From the IMG/VR virus record IMGVR_UViG_3300028584_000098, positions 1 to 64,000 of that record: 64,000 bases of DNA, one strand, 5' to 3'. Numbering within the stretch: position 1 is the stretch's first letter; every line of letters starts with the position of its first letter. Positions 27,859 to 38,366 of the stretch are shown here, one piece after another. Under the pieces are notes generated by a model. It was not told the origin of the DNA, did no database searches, and saw only the letters and a list, made by a program, of their open reading frames with translations. The translations under genes were made by a program, and so were the position numbers. The DNA comes from a virus.

Positions 27859-28587
27859 TTGACTACACTACCTAAGTGGACTGATGAACGTACCGCCGCC
27901 CTAACCGAAGGTCTAGACCTCGGTACCCAAGTAACTACTACTGAAGTAGAAGCACTAGCCGGTCAGCTAGAAACTTCTTCTCGTTCAGTAGCCAGTAAGC
28001 TACGTAAGATGGGCTACGACGTACAGTCCTCAGCCGATAAGGCCGCTGTTAAGGCCTACTCAGCCGACCAAGAAGCCGCCCTTCGTGAGCTAGTTGAAGA
28101 TAATAGCGGCCAGTATACTTATGCTGAAATCGCCGCTGAATTTGCTAACGGAGCCTTCTCCGCTAAGTCAGTTCAAGGTAAGATCCTTTCAATGGAACTT
28201 ACCTCACATGTTAAGCCTACCCCAAAGGTTGAAGTCGCTAAGACCTATACCGACGCTGAAGAGGCTACTTTCGTTAGCCTAGCACAAAGTGGTGCTTCAA
28301 TCGAAGATATCGCTGCTAAGCTTGGTAAGGCCGTTAACAGTGCCCGTGGTAAGGCTCTTAGCCTACTTCGTGCCGGTCTCATCGACGCAATCCCTACTCA
28401 AGTAGTTAAGGCTGCTGCCAAGGAAAATATTCTTGATACAGTAGGGGATCTCAAGGAACTAACTGTTGCTGAGATTGCCGAAAAGACAGGTAAGACTCCT
28501 CGTGGTATTAAGACAATGCTTACCCGCCAAGGTAAGTCTGCTTCTGACTATGATGGTGCTGGTCGCAAGGAAAAGGCCACTCAGTAA
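27859..28587 (+). CDS. protein with about 4 tandem HTH/HeH-like repeats; unknown function
   Basis: TTG start after AGGAG. It repeats ...EIA..LG.S..S..GK.LS..., for example SVASKLRKMG, SVQGKILSM, SARGKALSLL, PRGIKTMLTRQG. Confidence 0.6.
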   Translation: MTTLPKWTDERTAALTEGLDLGTQVTTTEVEALAGQLETSSRSVASKLRKMGYDVQSSADKAAVKAYSADQEAALRELVEDNSGQYTYAEIAAEFANGAFSAKSVQGKILSMELTSHVKPTPKVEVAKTYTDAEEATFVSLAQSGASIEDIAAKLGKAVNSARGKALSLLRAGLIDAIPTQVVKAAAKENILDTVGDLKELTVAEIAEKTGKTPRGIKTMLTRQGKSASDYDGAGRKEKATQ

Positions 28588-28611
28588 GCTTTTTCCTTAA
28601 GGAAACCTATT

Positions 28612-28646
28612 GGCGGGAGCGAAGAGATTCGCTTCCGCCTTTGTCT
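28612..28646 (+). terminator. intrinsic terminator
   Basis: GGCGGGAGCGAA (28612-28623) pairs with TTCGCTTCCGCC (28628-28639) and is followed by TTTG. Confidence 0.7.
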
Positions 28647-28658
28647 TGAGGAAAACTA

Positions 28659-30038
28659 TTGAATATAGCGAGCGCATTACTTAAACAAGTACTAGAGCAA
28701 CGAGACTTTGAGTGCTGGGGTAATCTTCGCAAACATTACCTGCCTTCTGAGTACCACACTCTATTTAATATTATTGATAAACACTGCGAAAAAAATCATG
28801 CACTACCAACCTTTGAAGAATTAAAGTTTGGTATACGTGACGCGCAGACCCGAGCTAAACTATACGCCGTAGAAACTAATGAGGTAGATGTTTCTGCGCA
28901 GCTACTACTAGACTACCTAAAAAATGAGTATACTCAAAGAGAAATTCTTGGGCAGCTTGAGATATACGTTGACTCATCCATTGCGTTTGAGACAGCCGAA
29001 GAAAGTCTCGCTAGCCTACACCAAATCATTATAGACGTAGAACAAAAAGTAGATATTAAAGATCCTAGTGAGACTATGGAACGCATTACTCTATTCGAGA
29101 GTGATGAGGAATTATCTAAATATATTACTTTAGGTCTAAATAGTGATTATGACAGTGAATTCAAGTTCTCCCCTATCGACTTCATACTAATTGGTGGTAG
29201 GAGAGGTGCTGGTAAATCCATTACCTGCGCAAATCTAGTAGTTAATGCTAGAAACGCAGGTAAAGCTTCTATCTATTTTACTATCGAAATGGATAGTAGG
29301 CAAATTCTACAACGAATTTGTTCAATGGATACGGCTATTCCGCTCGGTAGACTACGCGTCAAAAACCTTAGTGTTACAGAATGGGAAATTGCTGCTAAGT
29401 GGTGGTGTGCACGTAAAGAGCACGGAGAGTTTCACTATAAAGAATATCTGAAGCATAGAGATTGGGATAAGTTACACAACTCTCTTCTAAGAGAAAAGTT
29501 GCTGCCTGGCCAGATACATATTATTTATGACCCTAGCCTTACTCTAGCCAAGATTAACTCTGAAGTAGCTCGGGTACTATCACTAGAGGGTGATATAGCC
29601 CTGGTAGTAGTAGACTATCTAAACCAAGTACGTAGAAGTAACTTACCCGGTAAGCAGTATGATTGGACTGAGCAAATTGAAGTTTCTAAAGCTATTAAGT
29701 TAATGGCTCAAGAGTATAAATTTCCATTTATTAGCCCCTATCAAATTGATGCTACCGGCGAAGCTCGTTTCTCTAAGGGTATCCTTGACGCTGCCGACGC
29801 CGCGTTTATTATGGAAACCCACGATCACGCAGATGGCTGTATTACTTTTAAGTGTACAAAGATGCGTGGCCAAGAAGAGAAAGACTTCACCTCAGAAATG
29901 GACTGGAATACTCTTAAGATTGGTCCAGGCTCTAAAGAGCCTCCTAAGGAAAAAGAAGCTCCTAAAATTGGTAAAAAGAAGAAATCGGAAGACGTAGAGA
30001 AATCTACTGAAAGTATTGATGAGGAGTTACCGTTTTAA
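28659..30038 (+). CDS. DnaB-like replicative helicase
   Basis: TTG start after GAGGA. Walker A GGRRGAGKS and RecA-like core motifs (VVVDYLNQV). Confidence 0.75.
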   Translation: MNIASALLKQVLEQRDFECWGNLRKHYLPSEYHTLFNIIDKHCEKNHALPTFEELKFGIRDAQTRAKLYAVETNEVDVSAQLLLDYLKNEYTQREILGQLEIYVDSSIAFETAEESLASLHQIIIDVEQKVDIKDPSETMERITLFESDEELSKYITLGLNSDYDSEFKFSPIDFILIGGRRGAGKSITCANLVVNARNAGKASIYFTIEMDSRQILQRICSMDTAIPLGRLRVKNLSVTEWEIAAKWWCARKEHGEFHYKEYLKHRDWDKLHNSLLREKLLPGQIHIIYDPSLTLAKINSEVARVLSLEGDIALVVVDYLNQVRRSNLPGKQYDWTEQIEVSKAIKLMAQEYKFPFISPYQIDATGEARFSKGILDAADAAFIMETHDHADGCITFKCTKMRGQEEKDFTSEMDWNTLKIGPGSKEPPKEKEAPKIGKKKKSEDVEKSTESIDEELPF

Positions 30039-30868
30039 TGACAGTAGAAGAACTACTAGTAAGTAAATCGTTAGAATTCACTCCTCGCGGTGCCGATTAT
30101 CTGCTAAAGTGCATTAGTCCAGACCACGATGATAGTAAGCCATCAATGCGTATTGACCGTACAACTGGAATTTTCCATTGTCTTTCTTGCGGATTTAAAG
30201 GTAATGTATTTTCGTACTACGGGGCTAAGTCTAATCCCGTACAGATTAGGCGAGAGTTATTCAAGCAAAAGATTCAGTTAAAGTTAGCTGAGTCTATTGG
30301 TTTGAATAAGCCTAATGATTCTGTAGATTACGTAGGGGACTGGAGAGGTATCTCTAAAGAAACTTACGCAAAGTTTGGGGCGTTCCAAAACGCGGGGTCC
30401 GATTACATAGGCCGTATAATCTTTCCTGTACTAGATGTTAGTGGAAGATACGTAGCTTTTGTGGGGCGCCACACAAACATGATGCACTCTCCAAAATACA
30501 TGATATACCCTGCTAAAGCTAAGATGCCTTTATTCCCTATAGTTACACCTATACAGGGTAAAGTCATCTTAGTTGAGGGATTATTCGATATGTTAAATCT
30601 TCATGATAAAGGGTTGCCAAACGCAGTCTGTACATTTGGAACTAGAACTATCAACAAAGATAAGTTAGAGCTTCTAAAAATGCAGGGTGTTGAGGGTGTT
30701 GACATATTTTTTGACGGGGACGAAGCCGGACAAACTGCTGCTGAACTTGTGCAAGAACTAGCAACCGAGGTTGGACTAACACATAGGAATATTGCACTCA
30801 AGGAAAACGATCCAGGCTCCCTAGCGGGATCCACGATCTTAAAGCTGAAAAGGAGCTTATATGGCTAA
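30038..30868 (+). CDS. DNA primase (CHC2 zinc finger + Toprim)
   Basis: C-x-H-x-C-x2-C finger (CISPDHDD...FHCLSCGFKG). Toprim EG...D / DGDEAG. Confidence 0.8.
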   Translation: MTVEELLVSKSLEFTPRGADYLLKCISPDHDDSKPSMRIDRTTGIFHCLSCGFKGNVFSYYGAKSNPVQIRRELFKQKIQLKLAESIGLNKPNDSVDYVGDWRGISKETYAKFGAFQNAGSDYIGRIIFPVLDVSGRYVAFVGRHTNMMHSPKYMIYPAKAKMPLFPIVTPIQGKVILVEGLFDMLNLHDKGLPNAVCTFGTRTINKDKLELLKMQGVEGVDIFFDGDEAGQTAAELVQELATEVGLTHRNIALKENDPGSLAGSTILKLKRSLYG

Positions 30869-32569
30869 AGTAGCTATTATTGAGTCAAAGAGATCACGAA
30901 ATGACTTCCGTACTTATTTTGACTTTGACTTTGATACATATACACTAACCTCTGATCCATCTCTTAAGAAGATTCTTAAGAAAGATGTAGATATTAGTAT
31001 TGACTTAACGCAGTACGACTGGGTTATTCTAGTAGGTTCGGAACCTTTGAAGTACTTTACTAAAATTACTTCTATTACAGAATATACCGGTAGGTTAGTA
31101 GAAGATAAATTTCTACCTATTATCAATCCCGCTATGCTAGCTTTTAAACCAGAAGCTAAGAATGTTTGGGAGCAGTCACGCGTTAATATCGCCAAATACG
31201 TGCAAGGAGAACTACATAAAGTAGTTATTGATGACAAAGTAGCTATCGGCATTACAGATACCGAAGAAGCTAAGCGGTATGTTAGAGCTGCTATTGAGCA
31301 TCCTGGGGATGTTGTTGCACTCGACTCTGAAACTAGTAATCTGTACCCTAGAAATGGTTTTGTACTAGGAATTAGCTTATCCTACATGCCGCATTTGGGT
31401 GCTTATATTAGTACTGAGTGCTTTGATGATGAGCTAGAGTTTCTACTACAAGAACTCTTTAATAAAAAGAAAGTAGTATTTCATAACGCTAAGTTCGATA
31501 TGGGCTTCTTTATGTATCACTTTGGCTGGGAATTCCCCAACTTTGAAGATACAATGCTACTTCATTACTGTATAGATGAAAACCCCGGCACGCATGGACT
31601 TAAGCAGCTCGCTCTTCGTTATACCATTTACGGAGACTATGAGAAAGAGCAGGGAGAATGGATTTCTGCGTACTGTAAGAGCCATGGGATTTTAAAAGGT
31701 GACTTTACCTTTGACCTAATTCCATTTGAAATTATCTATAAGTACGCGGCTATCGACTCCGTAGTAACTCTATTACTCTATAACAAGTTCCGTCCCGTAG
31801 TAGCTAAGAATTCTAAGTTAGAGAATGTTTATACTCGTATTCTTATTCCTGGGTCTAGGTTCCTGACAGAAGTGCAAGATAATGGGGTTCCTTTTGATAA
31901 GGATCGCCTAGTTAAAGCACAAGGACTAATGCAAGAGGAAATTGACGAAGCTACTGCAAAGTTACGGGAAGACCCAATAATTGCACAGTTTGAGTCTGCG
32001 CAGGGTAAGCCGTTTAACCCTAACAGCGTAATGCAATTACGTGTTCTACTGTTTGACTTCCTTCGGCTAAAGCCCACAGGTAAAAAGACAGGGACAGGAG
32101 CGGCTAGTACAGATGCTGAGGTTCTTAAAGAATTAAGTAGCGTACACCCAATTCCGGGGTTAATTCTACAAATTCGTCAGAAGTCTAAGATCAAGAATAC
32201 TTATCTAGATAAGATTATTCCGCAGCTTGATCGTGATATGCGACTCCGTACTGGATTCAATCTGCACTCTACTACTAGTGGTCGATTATCTTCTAGTGGT
32301 AAGCTTAACATGCAGCAGCTGCCCCGAGACAACCCTATTATTAAGGGCTGTATCAAAGCACGTCCTGGGTACAAAATTGTATCAATGGACTTAACGACTG
32401 CCGAAGTTTACGGAGCAGCGGTACTATCAGGAGACCGAGCCCTGCAGGATGTATTCCGACTGGGTCAAGACTTCCACAGTACTATTGCTAAGAAAGTATT
32501 CAACCTTAGTTGCTCTATCGAAGAAGTTAAAGAATTCCATAAAGACAAACGTCAAAGCGTGAAGGCGGT
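30861..32569 (+). CDS. family A DNA polymerase, exon 1 (3'-5' exonuclease + palm up to motif B)
   Basis: ExoI ALDSETS. The reading frame runs into an intron after ...KRQSVKA(V). The track ORF ends at an intron-encoded TAG (32577-32579). Confidence 0.8.
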
Positions 32570-32717
32570 TAAGAAGTAGCTGCCTATAAATCCCTCTAAT
32601 TGCTGGAAACTCCTGAAGAATTACTAACTACAACGTGACTGGAAACAGTGGGCGTGAATGTTTAAAAATAGTAATTATTGGACAATCAGCAGCCAAGTAC
32701 CTAAATTAAAATATACC

Positions 32718-32746
32718 TTGACGACATGTCGATAATATGATATATT
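32718..32746 (+). promoter_or_regulatory. intron-internal promoter for the endonuclease ORF
   Basis: TTGACG 32718-32723, 17 bp, TATATT 32741-32746. Confidence 0.5.
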
Positions 32747-32824
32747 ATTTTTTAATATGGTAAAGGTTCAGAGACTATCCAGAAATGGAGTAGCAGTTAG
32801 AAACTGCGAAATGGGGGACACATA

Positions 32825-33721
32825 ATGAATGATATAACTATAGCGCTAAATAGTGCTAAAAACTACTATGAAAATAATAACCTACCCGTACCTACTTCAG
32901 TAGTAGAGTATATAAAATCGTACCCTAAAGGTTTATCTAGACAAGTCTTATCTAGTACATATGGATTGAAATGCAGTGAATTTGTTAAGCTGTTAAATCC
33001 CTCATATGTAAAACCGCTTAATGCGTCGGAGCGCGCAACACAAGAGGCATTACGGTTAGAGTATACTATAAAAAGCGACTTATCCTTATTAACTAGTAAC
33101 AAAGATAAAGTCACTTTACAGTGCAAAAATTGTGAACATATCCATATAACTTCTATAATTTCTCTTATAGGCACAAAACTAGGTTGTCCTAAATGCAAGA
33201 GTGGTAATCTACCTTGGCATCTACGAAAAGAGGAACTAGAGTATCTTTTGTATAAAAATTTTGGTGTTGAGCTAGAATCTAGTATACCGAAAGATCAAAC
33301 AGGTTTAATTACCCTTAAACATATAGAATGTGGGACCATATATACCAACACGTTAGTTGGTATGGTTAGCCCACAAAGTAATTTACGAGGTACTTGTCCT
33401 AACTGTAGAAGTACAGATAGAAGAGTTACACTAAATGGAATTACTTTTGGGTCTCAATTTGAAGCGGACTGCTACAATTTATTAAAGCCTTTAAACCCAG
33501 AGTTACATGTAAAATACTCAGACTATTTCAGTACAAATAGATACTGGGTATGCGATTTTAAAATACGTGATTACTGGATTGAAGTTTCTAATTTTAAAGT
33601 AGATTATAAAGGTTATTTTTCAAACATAGTAGATAAAGAGAACTTAGTAGAGTCTAATGGTAAAATATTTTTATTTATTAGAAGTTTAAAAGAACTCAAA
33701 GAAATCATATCATTAATGTGA
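32825..33721 (+). CDS. intron-encoded homing endonuclease (zinc ribbons + PD-(D/E)XK-like C-terminus)
   Basis: CKNCEH...CPKC and HIECG...CPNC ribbons. C-terminal FEADCYNLL...VCDFKI..YWIEVSNFK (D...E-x-K). Very AT-rich. Confidence 0.6.
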   Translation: MNDITIALNSAKNYYENNNLPVPTSVVEYIKSYPKGLSRQVLSSTYGLKCSEFVKLLNPSYVKPLNASERATQEALRLEYTIKSDLSLLTSNKDKVTLQCKNCEHIHITSIISLIGTKLGCPKCKSGNLPWHLRKEELEYLLYKNFGVELESSIPKDQTGLITLKHIECGTIYTNTLVGMVSPQSNLRGTCPNCRSTDRRVTLNGITFGSQFEADCYNLLKPLNPELHVKYSDYFSTNRYWVCDFKIRDYWIEVSNFKVDYKGYFSNIVDKENLVESNGKIFLFIRSLKELKEIISLM

Positions 33722-33789
33722 AGATATAGTCCGATCTATATGGAAACATATAGAGATTAGGTGGAATCGACCTAATCGTAACACAAATG

Positions 33790-34414
33790 TACATTCGGTA
33801 TTCTATACGGAGCCGCCGCGGCTAAGATTAGTGAACAGATTACTAAAGATACCGGAAAGTTCTTTAGTCGTACTGAAGCCCAAGAAGTCATTGACGATTA
33901 TTTCGCTGCATTCCCCGATCTTAAGAAGTGGATTGATACTAACCAAAAGTTTATTGCAACTAATGGTTTCACTTATAGCTTCTTCGGTCGTAAGCGTAGA
34001 CTCGGTAACGTCATGTCCGAGGACTCCGGCACTCGCAGTCACACTATCCGAAGTGGCCTAAACTTCCTAGTTCAGTCTATCTCTAGTGACATTAACCTAC
34101 TTGGTGCTATTGACATGCAAAGTTACGTCAAAACTGCCAAAATGGATACTAAGATATTCGCTCTAGTACATGACTCCATCTTAGCCGAGGTTAGAGAAGA
34201 CTTGATTGATCTTTACTGTGAAAAGCTAACAGGCTTTATCCAGCTAGATCGGGGCCTAACAATTCAAGGTACTCCTATTGGGTGCGACTTTGAAATTGGA
34301 GACGACTACTCTACAGGTAAGTTCTCTAAGGAATACTCGGAGCTTATAGACGATGATATACACGTACCAGAATCTGTCGAAGATAGTCTTCCCGGTCTAT
34401 CAGTTACCGAATGA
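33790..34414 (+). CDS. family A DNA polymerase, exon 2 (motif B to C-terminus)
   Basis: (V)TFGILYGAAAAKIS (motif B) and LVHDSILAEV (motif C). In frame with track ORF 34013-34414. Confidence 0.8.
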
Positions 34415-34841
34415 TAACTGGCACGTAGTAGACGGTCTAGTATACATTGATACCGAGCTACTAGATGACAGAAATATGCCAGCACCCACACTAGGGGGTA
34501 GAAGATTACAATCTCCTATGGGAGCGTTCTTCCGCTTACGTAAGGGTGTTGGCACTATACCACAAATGCTTAAATTTAAGCATTTTATTGATTCTTCTGG
34601 TAAGTTAATTACGTACCAAAAGACTAAGTATCATGACCTTAGATACTTTAAAATACTAAAGGTTGTCCTCAAGGATACTTCATCCTTATTATGGTTAGAG
34701 GGTATTTCATTTCCTTTTGAATTACCTAGACCCCCGCCACATGGCTTAGCATACGCCGGAGTACTGTTTTTAAATGGTAATCCCTGGCTTATCTACGATT
34801 TTGCTCATAGTTGGAGCAAATCTACTAGAAGGATGGTATGA
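34353..34841 (+). CDS. hypothetical protein (start uncertain)
   Basis: Track ORF. It overlaps the polymerase 3' end by 62 nt. Confidence 0.5.
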   Translation: MIYTYQNLSKIVFPVYQLPNDNWHVVDGLVYIDTELLDDRNMPAPTLGGRRLQSPMGAFFRLRKGVGTIPQMLKFKHFIDSSGKLITYQKTKYHDLRYFKILKVVLKDTSSLLWLEGISFPFELPRPPPHGLAYAGVLFLNGNPWLIYDFAHSWSKSTRRMV

Positions 34842-35515
34842 GTAAAAGAAGAACGAAACCCGTAAATAGCTTTGGTAACTTTGAGCTGCAGACTATTTCT
34901 GCACTGACTGAAAATCAAAGTAGGGTTCTGCGATCTGACGAGCATAAAGTAATGCATGGATCTGCTGGTACTGGTAAGACCTTTTTAGGAGTATATCAGG
35001 CTCTAGAAGCTATTACAGCTAATGAGTATAATAAACTAGTAATTATCCGCAGTACAGTATCAACTAGAGATATTGGCTTTATGCCCGGTAATGAAGAAGA
35101 GAAAGCTAAAATGTACGAGAGGCCATATGTGCCTATTGTAAATGAGCTCTTTAATAGAGGAGACGCTTATCCAATTCTAAAACAAAAAGGTACTATAAGT
35201 TTCGAAATTACTTCGTTTCTTCGTGGTACAACATTCAATGACTGCTTTATACTAGTAGATGAAATACAAAACATGAATTACCATGAACTAGACACTGTGA
35301 TGACTAGAATTGGTAAAAACTGTAAAATTATACTCTGTGGTGACTACAAACAAACAGACCTTAAAGACTCCGGGGTGCGCAAATTCTTAGAAATTGTTAA
35401 GAGCATGCAATCGTTCCAATTCACTGAGTTTACTAGAGATGATATTGTGCGTAGTGGCTTTGTTAAAGAGTATATTATAGCTAAGGAAGAATATGAAGAA
35501 GGCGGTTCTAAGTAA
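34838..35515 (+). CDS. phoH: PhoH-like ATPase
   Basis: Walker A GSAGTGKTF and Walker B FILVDEIQN. ATGA coupling. Confidence 0.8.
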   Translation: MSKRRTKPVNSFGNFELQTISALTENQSRVLRSDEHKVMHGSAGTGKTFLGVYQALEAITANEYNKLVIIRSTVSTRDIGFMPGNEEEKAKMYERPYVPIVNELFNRGDAYPILKQKGTISFEITSFLRGTTFNDCFILVDEIQNMNYHELDTVMTRIGKNCKIILCGDYKQTDLKDSGVRKFLEIVKSMQSFQFTEFTRDDIVRSGFVKEYIIAKEEYEEGGSK

Positions 35516-36791
35516 TAGGATTTACTTAGAGGCTTCGCCCGAGCTTCAGGAGAGGATAGATAAGGAACTAACTTATTCTATCCCCTCCTTTAGCGAGGCC
35601 GAGCCTCCTCTAGTAATTAGGAATATGAGTATAATTCGTCCTGGCTTAATATCTATACCCGTAGGTAGGCGAGACCTTATACCAAGTGACTACGAGATAA
35701 AAGATAAGAGGGTGCTTGCGCCGACCGACTTTCCTAAGTTCAAATTCAATTTACGTGCGAGTCAGCAAGCTGTACAAGATGAGTTAGTTGATAACGCTAT
35801 TATTAACGCATCAGTAAGCTGGGGGAAGACCTTCTCCGGGCTTTCAATAGCAGGAAACTTAGGTCAAAAGACTTTAGTAGTTACACACACAGTTCCTCTT
35901 AGAAACCAATGGGTAAAAGAGACCGAGAAGGTATATGGGTTTACTCCAGGTATTATAGGTAGCGGTAAATTTGATGTTAGTAAGCCTATAACTATAGGCA
36001 ATACGCAGACGCTAGTAAAAAATATTGATAAAATCTCCCGAGAATTCGGGACCTTACTAGTAGACGAAATGCACCACACCAGTAGCCCTACTTTTAGTAA
36101 AATTATAGACACTAACTACGCCAGGTATAAGATAGGGCTAAGTGGTACCATTCAGCGTAAGGACGGAAAACACGTAGTATTCAAAGATTACTTTGGAACT
36201 AAAGTGTTTAAGCCGCCTAAAGAAAACTATATTATACCCGAGATACATGTTTATAAGTTACCTATTAAATTTATAGATGGTACTGCTACACCCTGGGCTA
36301 TAAGAGTAAATCATCTATTATACGATATCAACTACCAGGGCTCGGTAGCCCTTATAGCTGCTAAGTATATGGCTCTAGGACATAATGTACTTATAGTAGG
36401 AGATAGAGTAGAATTTCTAGAGGCAGTTACTAAGCTTATAGGCCCTAAGGCAGTTGCTATTACGGGTGCTGTTACACACGAAGATAGAGACCGTCTAATG
36501 TTATCAGTAGGTAACGGTACGGTACAGGCTCTAGCAGGAACTCAGGCTATCTTTTCTGAAGGTATCTCACATAACCCGCTAAGCTGTTTAATACTAGGGA
36601 CTCCTGTTAATAATGAGCCTCTACTAGAGCAGCTTATAGGTCGTGTAATTCGTGAGTACCCAGGCAAGCTACAGCCCATAATTGTAGATATTAATTTACT
36701 TGGCAATACGGCCAAAAACCAAGCTAATGCAAGGCTTGGACATTACATTAAACAAGAGTATAAAATCAGGAGCATAGATGTTAGATCTTAA
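35493..36791 (+). CDS. SF2 DEAD/DExH-box helicase (T5 D10-like by position)
   Basis: Motif I-like WGKTF, motif II LLVDEMHH, motif III SGT, C-terminal RecA-2 motifs (QLIGRVIR). Confidence 0.7.
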   Translation: MKKAVLSNRIYLEASPELQERIDKELTYSIPSFSEAEPPLVIRNMSIIRPGLISIPVGRRDLIPSDYEIKDKRVLAPTDFPKFKFNLRASQQAVQDELVDNAIINASVSWGKTFSGLSIAGNLGQKTLVVTHTVPLRNQWVKETEKVYGFTPGIIGSGKFDVSKPITIGNTQTLVKNIDKISREFGTLLVDEMHHTSSPTFSKIIDTNYARYKIGLSGTIQRKDGKHVVFKDYFGTKVFKPPKENYIIPEIHVYKLPIKFIDGTATPWAIRVNHLLYDINYQGSVALIAAKYMALGHNVLIVGDRVEFLEAVTKLIGPKAVAITGAVTHEDRDRLMLSVGNGTVQALAGTQAIFSEGISHNPLSCLILGTPVNNEPLLEQLIGRVIREYPGKLQPIIVDINLLGNTAKNQANARLGHYIKQEYKIRSIDVRS

Positions 36792-37179
36792 TAATATGAA
36801 TGAAGAAGAGATTATTATTTCGGAAGGTATGGATGCCCTTATTGATCTATGCCATGGTGCAGCAGTAGACGGTGGCTGGTGGAACGATTCTGTTACGGGA
36901 AAGCCTATTCACAGAGAGTCGGGCACGTTGTTTATGCTTATGGTTTCTGAGATTTCAGAAGCCATGGAGGCAGATCGCAAAGACCTAATGGATGATAAAC
37001 TAACGCATCGTAAGGGCGTAGAAGTAGAGCTCGCAGATGCTATCATCAGAATCTGTGATTATGCTGGGTATCATGACCTAGACCTATCAGGTGCTATTCT
37101 AGAAAAGATTGAATACAATGCTAGACGAGCGGACCATAAACCAGAAAATCGTCTAAAAGAAGGTGGTAAAAAGTATTGA
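36778..37179 (+). CDS. mazG: MazG-like nucleotide pyrophosphohydrolase
   Basis: EISEAMEADRK ... VEVELADAIIRICD (E-x2-E ... E-x2-D metal ligands). Confidence 0.7.
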   Translation: MLDLNNMNEEEIIISEGMDALIDLCHGAAVDGGWWNDSVTGKPIHRESGTLFMLMVSEISEAMEADRKDLMDDKLTHRKGVEVELADAIIRICDYAGYHDLDLSGAILEKIEYNARRADHKPENRLKEGGKKY

Positions 37180-37955
37180 GCGTAAAATTAATTGGCATTA
37201 CGCAGCCAACCGCGTATAGTGAGTGTAACACTGCTAATGATCTAGTAGCTTACACAGCCCGTGTTTCTAACCCAGGCAACCAAAGAAACCTTGAAACTTC
37301 CGGAAAACTAGTAAAGTTTCTAGTGAGGGAACATCACTGGTCACCATTTGAGATGGTTCATCTAGTGATGGAAATTAAAACAACTAGGGATATTTCTAGG
37401 CAGATTCTGCGCCATCGTAGTTTTAGCTTCCAAGAGTTCTCACAAAGATACGCTTTGGCGGAAAACTTTATAACTGATAGAGAGTTTAGACTACAGGATA
37501 CCAAGAATAGGCAAAATTCTATCGAAGTAAATAACCCAGTATTACAAGCACGGTGGCGTGCAATGCAAGAAGTAGTTAAGGCTGCGGCTATGCAAGCGTA
37601 TAACTGGGCTAAAAGTGAGGGGCTAGCTAAAGAGCAATCTCGCGTAGTACTTCCAGAAGGTCTTACGGAAACTACCGTCTACATGAGCGGGACTTTACGT
37701 AGTTGGATCCATTATTGTGAATTACGTAGCACTATTGGTACCCAAAAAGAACACCGTATTGTAGCTATTGATGCGTGGAACATTATTGCTGAGCATTTCC
37801 CAGACGTAGTTGAAGCCATGGACAGCATAAACTTAGATAAACAAAAAGCTTTATCTAAGATTGAGCTAGTTGACTATATGGAGAAGTATCATCCAGAGTT
37901 ACTATCCGAAGCGCTTAGTAGCAAGTCAAAAATTTGTCTTGACAAATTGTCCTAA
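37176..37955 (+). CDS. thyX: flavin-dependent thymidylate synthase
   Basis: ThyX signature RHRSFSFQEFSQRY. TTG start overlapping the previous stop. Confidence 0.85.
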   Translation: MSVKLIGITQPTAYSECNTANDLVAYTARVSNPGNQRNLETSGKLVKFLVREHHWSPFEMVHLVMEIKTTRDISRQILRHRSFSFQEFSQRYALAENFITDREFRLQDTKNRQNSIEVNNPVLQARWRAMQEVVKAAAMQAYNWAKSEGLAKEQSRVVLPEGLTETTVYMSGTLRSWIHYCELRSTIGTQKEHRIVAIDAWNIIAEHFPDVVEAMDSINLDKQKALSKIELVDYMEKYHPELLSEALSSKSKICLDKLS

Positions 37956-37967
37956 TTGATATATAAT
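37939..37967 (+). promoter_or_regulatory. sigma70 consensus promoter inside the thyX 3' end
   Basis: TTGACA 37939-37944, 17 bp, TATAAT 37962-37967. The -10 overlaps ATG 37966 of the next ORF. Confidence 0.6.
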
Positions 37968-38364
37968 GGTTCTTCAATACGATTGGAAGAAAATCAGCAC
38001 AGCAGCTAAAGGTCGCTTAGGTAGAATTATTACCATCTTTAACATGATAACTTTTAATTCTAAGCCTTTAAGTAAAAAAGATCCTAAAATTTTTGTTTAT
38101 AATAAAGATTTCTCAGGTAATTCTTATATGCTTAATCCGAAAGGGTTATTTAAGTATAGAAACTCCTATACTGACAGAGAGATTTGTCAATATATAGCCC
38201 TAGCTGCCTTAAGAAACTATTCCGAGTATGTAATATCAGGAGATAAATCTTTAAGCCTGATAAAAAGCCCTCTATCAACCGAAAAAATTAAAGCAAACAG
38301 ACTACTTGACATACGTGAAGGTAAAATATACTTTATGTATGAGGAAGTCACAAAGGAGAAATAA
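37966..38364 (+). CDS. hypothetical protein (start may be downstream if transcribed from the 37939 promoter)
   Basis: Track ORF. Confidence 0.55.
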   Translation: MVLQYDWKKISTAAKGRLGRIITIFNMITFNSKPLSKKDPKIFVYNKDFSGNSYMLNPKGLFKYRNSYTDREICQYIALAALRNYSEYVISGDKSLSLIKSPLSTEKIKANRLLDIREGKIYFMYEEVTKEK

Positions 38365-38366
38365 CT

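Larger units (their letters stand above)
32570..33789 (+). mobile_element. group I intron (1220 nt) with an endonuclease ORF between the R and S elements
   Basis: P1: exon GGCGGT (32564-32569) pairs with the guide GCTGCC (32579-32584), with a U:G at the splice site. R element GTTCAGAGACTATCC 32766-32780. S element AAGATATAGTCC 33721-33732. The terminal G is 33789. Splicing restores KAV-TFGILYG (PolA motif B) in frame; the exons total 2334 nt. Confidence 0.8.
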
